Shown here: positions 59,863 to 64,000 of the stretch, piece by piece | Layout: each line of letters opens with the position of its first letter | Numbering within the stretch: position 1 is the stretch's first letter | Source of the DNA: Bdellovibrionota bacterium | Lineage (GTDB): Bacteria > Bdellovibrionota_C > UBA2361 > JBGSMV01 | Assembly (NCBI GenBank): GCA_041739995.1 | Contig: JBGSMV010000059.1 | Coordinates: forward strand, 1 to 64,000 | Length of the DNA: 64,000 nt | Direction of reading: 5' to 3' | Notes under the pieces: generated by a model | Database searches by the model: none | The model's input: the letters and a program-made list of their open reading frames with translations, nothing else | Told to the model about the DNA's origin: nothing | Made by a program: the position numbers and the translations under genes

Positions 59863-60696
59863 ATGGTCGCCACCAGAGACTTTTCTGAAATTCTTACCTT
59901 CGCTACGGCCCTCGCGAAAAAGGCGGGCGAAGGCATAGTCCGCGCTCGAGAGAATACTGAGTTCTCTGTTTCTGAGAAACATGTTCGTGACTTGGTCACG
60001 ACAGCCGACATTGAGGCAGATGCGCTGATTACCGGAGCCATTCGCTCGCGCTTCCCGGACCACGCCATTCTCTCAGAAGAAAGCTCTCCAACCCTTCCTA
60101 TAGACTCACTTCGCCGTGGTCATTTGTGGATAGTTGACCCAATCGACGGCACCGTCAACTTCGCCTCTGGCCAGCTGCATGTAGGGGTTTCAATTGCATA
60201 TGCGCTCGACGGCGTGGTGCGTGCGGGGGTGGTATATGCTCCGTTTCTTGATGAAATGTACACCGCATCAAAATCCGGAGGTGCCTTTTGCAATGGAGCA
60301 GCCATTCGTCCCTCGTCCAATGCGTTGCTAGTACGCGCACTAATTGCGACCGGGTTTCCCTATGATCGCACTGAAATTAGAGAGATCTTGTGGCGCGTCG
60401 AGCAGGTGCTTACGCGCGCTCAGGATCTTAGGCGTCTGGGAGCAGCCTCTATCGACACATGCTGGGTGGCTCGTGGGCGCTTAGACGCCTACTACGAAAA
60501 CGTAGCTCCGTGGGATATCGCTGCTGGAGGGCTAATTGCGCGCGAGGCAGGAGCGATCGTAGGAACGCTGGCGCATTCAGAGAAAAATGCGGCGATGCCT
60601 GAAGATCTTCGTTCAGAGCAGTTCATTGCCTCATCACCGACGCTGTTTGAGGAAATAAAAGCGCTACTTACTTCCGGGCCAAAGGTCACCTGCTAG
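59863..60696 (+). CDS. suhB: Inositol monophosphatase family protein SuhB
   Basis: DLVTTAD, LSEE, WIVDPIDGTVNF, RRLGAA, PWDIAAG; start taken as ATG 59863. Confidence 0.9.
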   Translation: MVATRDFSEILTFATALAKKAGEGIVRARENTEFSVSEKHVRDLVTTADIEADALITGAIRSRFPDHAILSEESSPTLPIDSLRRGHLWIVDPIDGTVNFASGQLHVGVSIAYALDGVVRAGVVYAPFLDEMYTASKSGGAFCNGAAIRPSSNALLVRALIATGFPYDRTEIREILWRVEQVLTRAQDLRRLGAASIDTCWVARGRLDAYYENVAPWDIAAGGLIAREAGAIVGTLAHSEKNAAMPEDLRSEQFIASSPTLFEEIKALLTSGPKVTC

Positions 60697-60778
60697 GCAG
60701 CGCCTCTAGCGCACGGTGTAAACGCTCAGTGTAAGCGCACCGAGTAAGCACATACAATGAAATAACGGGTAGAAGCGA

Positions 60779-61627
60779 CTATCCCTCTTCCGACTCTTCC
60801 GAAATCTCGGACTCATCATCGGAGCTCTTCTCTCGGGTTGAGAATCGGCGCTCTTCGCTTTCCTGGTCTGTTTTACAATCAATGCAAAGTTGCGCTACTG
60901 GCCGAGCCTGCAACCGTGGAAGCGAAATGGGTTCGCCACACGACTCACATGCCCCGTAGGTGCCTTCCGTAATCTTAGTAAGTGCCAGCTCAATCTTCTT
61001 GAGCAAGTAGCCTTCTCGCTTGCCGATCTTCTGCAAGCTCGCTTGTGTCATCTCAAGAGAAGCAATGTCGGCCGCGTCACCGCTAAGAACGGTGGTGTCG
61101 AGCTGCTCTTCAGAAGAAGCGCTCACTTCTTCAAGGTGCCTAAGAAGCTTTATCTTCTCTGAGAGAAGGATCTCCCTGAGAGCTTCGATCTCTTTCTTCT
61201 TCAAGGGAGCAACTTCTGGACGCGGTGAGACTCTGTCCTCCCCTGCACTTGCCCGCTCGCCCGGAGTATCCACCCAACGCGATTCAACTCTCATTTGAAT
61301 CTTAGAATGAATTTTAGGTGGGCCGATGACCTTTGGCGCGGCGCTTACCGGAGCGGTCATTGCCTTGCCAGCTACTGCCTTGCCTTTGCCTGCGAGTTTG
61401 CTTACCGCGCCTTTGGCGCCAATTGCCTTATTGCCTGAAGGCTTGTTGCCAGCGCCTTTAGGTGCTGGCTTTCCGGACTTCGTTTTCGATACGGGGGTCT
61501 TTGCTTTCACGGTTACCTTACTTGATACCTTTTTGCCCGAACGCGAGCCGGACTTTGATACTGATTTTTTTGCGCCAGACTTTCTGGGCTTTGCACTGAC
61601 GGAGATTTTTCTCGTTTTTGTTTTCAT
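60779..61627 (-). CDS. dksA: DksA/TraR C4 zinc-finger protein with long Lys-rich N-terminal extension
   Basis: Coiled-coil tip DAADIA (DxxDxA); YGACESCGEPI..RLQARP..LCIDCK. Confidence 0.82.
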   Translation of the reverse strand: MKTKTRKISVSAKPRKSGAKKSVSKSGSRSGKKVSSKVTVKAKTPVSKTKSGKPAPKGAGNKPSGNKAIGAKGAVSKLAGKGKAVAGKAMTAPVSAAPKVIGPPKIHSKIQMRVESRWVDTPGERASAGEDRVSPRPEVAPLKKKEIEALREILLSEKIKLLRHLEEVSASSEEQLDTTVLSGDAADIASLEMTQASLQKIGKREGYLLKKIELALTKITEGTYGACESCGEPISLPRLQARPVAQLCIDCKTDQESEERRFSTREKSSDDESEISEESEEG

Positions 61628-62012
61628 GGACCTACGCACCGCCTTTGAAGATTACCCCTTCTAAAGATTAGCTAAGAGCGGCCAAGAACAAGTGGGGACG
61701 ATTCTCATTTTTCTCATTCGTAACGAGCGAGATCCGAACAAGTTGAAAAAATAAACTTGCGCAAAAAACTCTCTCGAAGAGCGAGAATACCTCGTCACCG
61801 ACCTCCTTCATGACGCGTCTCAACCTGGCTGGGAGACGAAGTTCCTGCCAAATGGATTTCCTGCCAAATGGACACTGACCGCTCGTCAAGTAATTAAAAC
61901 AAACGACTCGAAGCCGAATACCGCACAAGTGCACTTCGTCGCCGCGGACTCTACCAGAAACGCGGACTCTACCAGAAACTTCGTTACTTTCCAGTATATC
62001 TAATGGGTCTTT

Positions 62013-62192
62013 ACCCCCTCTATCGCAGCGCGCGACTCTGAGCCGCAGCGCGGGATACTATACTGGGTCTTGCCGATGGGCCACCACGTTAATAACAAAT
62101 CAGGATCGAAAACAGCTAAAAAGAGCTTAGTTGCCCTTTTTCGAGTATCCCCTCTGGAACCAGGCCGGCCTGTAGTACGAGGTACCGGGGGC
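62013..62192 (-). ncRNA. Candidate structured RNA (~180-nt imperfect hairpin; 6S-like or leader RNA)
   Basis: Nested pairings GCCCCC/GGGGGT, TCGTA/TGCGA, CGGC/GTCG, GGGATACT/AGTATCCC, GGGC/GCCC; G-U pairs favour the minus strand; promoter-like site just upstream. Confidence 0.45.
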
Positions 62193-62233
62193 GCATCGAG
62201 CTCCAAGAAAGCGAGGGCAGCATGATCGGCGGG

Positions 62234-62298
62234 AGTCTAATGTCCCGAATTTCAGGGTTCAAGTGGAATTGACAGCCTAGGAAGTGCGCCCCTAGACT
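62234..62298. promoter_or_regulatory. Back-to-back sigma70-type promoters
   Basis: Minus strand TTGAAC-N17-TAGACT (62262..62234); plus strand TTGACA-N18-TAGACT (62269..62298). Confidence 0.6.
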
Positions 62299-62440
62299 CC
62301 CTCCCTAGGGTTAAATTTACGCCGTGAATGCGTTCTTTGTTTATTTTACATAATGCGTGAATTGGGGTGGTGGGCTGAGATTCCCGCACGGTTTCACCTA
62401 GTAACGGCAATCCCCTACTTCAATAGGACACTTATTTCTC

Positions 62441-64000
62441 GTGGCAGCATCCTCAAGGAAAGATTCATCGAAAGGCAGCGGGTCTCCAGCTTCGAATAAT
62501 TCGGCTTCAAATAGTTCGGAAGGGGCCAGCGCTGAGTTGGCGAGAAGGATGGAGCTTGCTACCCGCGGGGGTGGCGAAGAGAGAATTCGAAAGCAGCACG
62601 AACAAGGCAAGCTCACTGCCCGAGAACGCGTAAATGCCTTGCTTGATGCGGGGTCGTTCCGAGAAATCGATGCTCTGGTGACCCACCAAAGCTCAAATTT
62701 TGGGTTAGCTGATAAGAAATTTTACGGCGATGGGGTGATTACCGGTAGCGGGCTGGTTAATGGACGGCAGGTATTCGTCTTTGCGCAGGACTTCACCGTA
62801 TTCGGAGGAGCACTCTCTGCCGCCCATGCCAGAAAAATCTGTAAGGTAATGGATCTCGCCGAGCGCACCGGCGCGCCCATTGTTGGCTTAAATGATTCCG
62901 GAGGAGCGAGAATACAGGAAGGAGTGGAAAGTCTGGCCGGCTACGCCGACATATTTCTCAGAAACACTCTGATGTCTGGGGTGATCCCGCAGATATCTCT
63001 GATTCTAGGCCCTTGCGCAGGAGGCGCGGTGTATTCTCCCGCAATCACCGACTTTACCTTCATGGTCAGCGGCATTGGACATATGTTTATCACTGGCCCC
63101 GACGTGATTAAGGCAGTTACCAAAGAAGACGTCGACAAGGAGACCCTCGGTGGAGCAAGAACCCACAATGAGCAAAGTGGTGTCGCTCATTTTCTTTCAA
63201 GCTCCGAGCAGTCATGCTTCGAGGCCTGTCGTGCACTGCTTGGATTTCTTCCTCAAAACAATGTGGAGCTAGCGCCCAGGGTTTTCACTGGCGACCTTCG
63301 TAACCGAGGCGATGCACAGCTCGAAGAGCTCATTCCGGAACAGTCTAACAAGCCATATGACATGCGACGACTGATTAGCAGTGTAGCGGATGGTGGCGAC
63401 TTTCTGGAAGTACAAGAGCATTTTGCTAAGAACATGCTGTGTGGATTCATCCGCCTCGACGGGCATTCCATAGGCGTCGTTGCTAATCAGCCAGCGGTCT
63501 TAGCGGGCTGTCTGGACATAGATGCGAGCGTTAAAGCAGCTCGCTTTGTGCGTTGTTGTGATGCGTTCAATGTTCCTCTGTTGACTCTAGTGGACGTGCC
63601 AGGGTTCTTGCCAGGAGTTCATCAAGAGCACGGTGGCATTATCCGCCACGGTGCGAAGTTACTGTACGCCTTTGCTGAAGCGACAGTGCCCAAGGTAACG
63701 CTGATTACACGCAAGGCCTACGGCGGTGCATATGACGTTATGGCATCTAAGCACATCCGAGCTGATATGAACTTTGCTTACCCCTCAGCTGAGATTGCAG
63801 TGATGGGCGCAGAAGGCGCAGTGAACGTTATCTTTCGAGGAGAACTTAAGCAGGCTGCTGGTCGCGGCGAGGAAGCTGAAGCCCGTACAAGACTAGTGGC
63901 CGACTATAAGCAGCGCTTTGCAAATCCTTGGCAAGTTGCTGAGCTTGGGTTCATCGACGCAGTCATTCGTCCCAGTGACACGAGGCCCGTGCTGATCGAT
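62441..64000 (+). CDS. pccB: Acyl-CoA (propionyl-CoA-type) carboxylase carboxyltransferase beta subunit, runs off the window end
   Basis: Not in the ORF track because no stop lies in the window. Read from GTG 62441: [69 protein letters not shown]. Confidence 0.92.
   Translation, partial: MAASSRKDSSKGSGSPASNNSASNSSEGASAELARRMELATRGGGEERIRKQHEQGKLTARERVNALLDAGSFREIDALVTHQSSNFGLADKKFYGDGVITGSGLVNGRQVFVFAQDFTVFGGALSAAHARKICKVMDLAERTGAPIVGLNDSGGARIQEGVESLAGYADIFLRNTLMSGVIPQISLILGPCAGGAVYSPAITDFTFMVSGIGHMFITGPDVIKAVTKEDVDKETLGGARTHNEQSGVAHFLSSSEQSCFEACRALLGFLPQNNVELAPRVFTGDLRNRGDAQLEELIPEQSNKPYDMRRLISSVADGGDFLEVQEHFAKNMLCGFIRLDGHSIGVVANQPAVLAGCLDIDASVKAARFVRCCDAFNVPLLTLVDVPGFLPGVHQEHGGIIRHGAKLLYAFAEATVPKVTLITRKAYGGAYDVMASKHIRADMNFAYPSAEIAVMGAEGAVNVIFRGELKQAAGRGEEAEARTRLVADYKQRFANPWQVAELGFIDAVIRPSDTRPVLID

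Noticed and set aside
61668..62206. Small ORFs 61668..61934 and 62000..62206 as protein genes
   Set aside because: Non-ATG starts, no recognisable motifs; one spans a tandem duplication and the other the RNA hairpin. A leader peptide cannot be fully excluded.

Overview
Bacterial chromosome segment, mostly housekeeping. The gene set and order suggest a diderm deltaproteobacteria-like or Bdellovibrionota-like organism (inference only). It opens with the 3' end and right terminal repeat of an IS3-family element. Recognisable genes include secG, mrp, cutA, purN, ispF, ispE, ispH, dnaB, fcl, ychF, ppk2, nadA, efp, acs, clpB, a class B J-protein, the ispE-tRNAGln-prs-rplY-pth-rpsF-rplI block (no rpsR), suhB, a dksA-like gene and a truncated acyl-CoA carboxylase beta subunit. 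RNA genes are RNase P RNA and five tRNAs: Leu-GAG, Ile2-CAT, Ala-CGC, Met-CAT, Gln-TTG. Less ordinary items: (1) a promoter-proximal ~180-nt long hairpin about 390 nt upstream of the dksA-like gene; (2) a coupled desaturase / small membrane protein / HTTM-DCC1 cassette followed by a Cys-rich secreted peptide; (3) a mycobacterial-type UbiA-DprE1-DprE2 cluster coupled to a TPR protein; (4) degenerate enzyme homologues (Cys-less L,D-transpeptidase fold, NYN protein coupled to dnaB, Mrp without CxxC); (5) an EF-P with a PGNL loop; (6) a 149-bp MITE with CTAG flanks; (7) tRNA-3'-associated repeats; (8) many 10-25 bp tandem duplications. All calls come from reading motifs by eye; no database searches were run.
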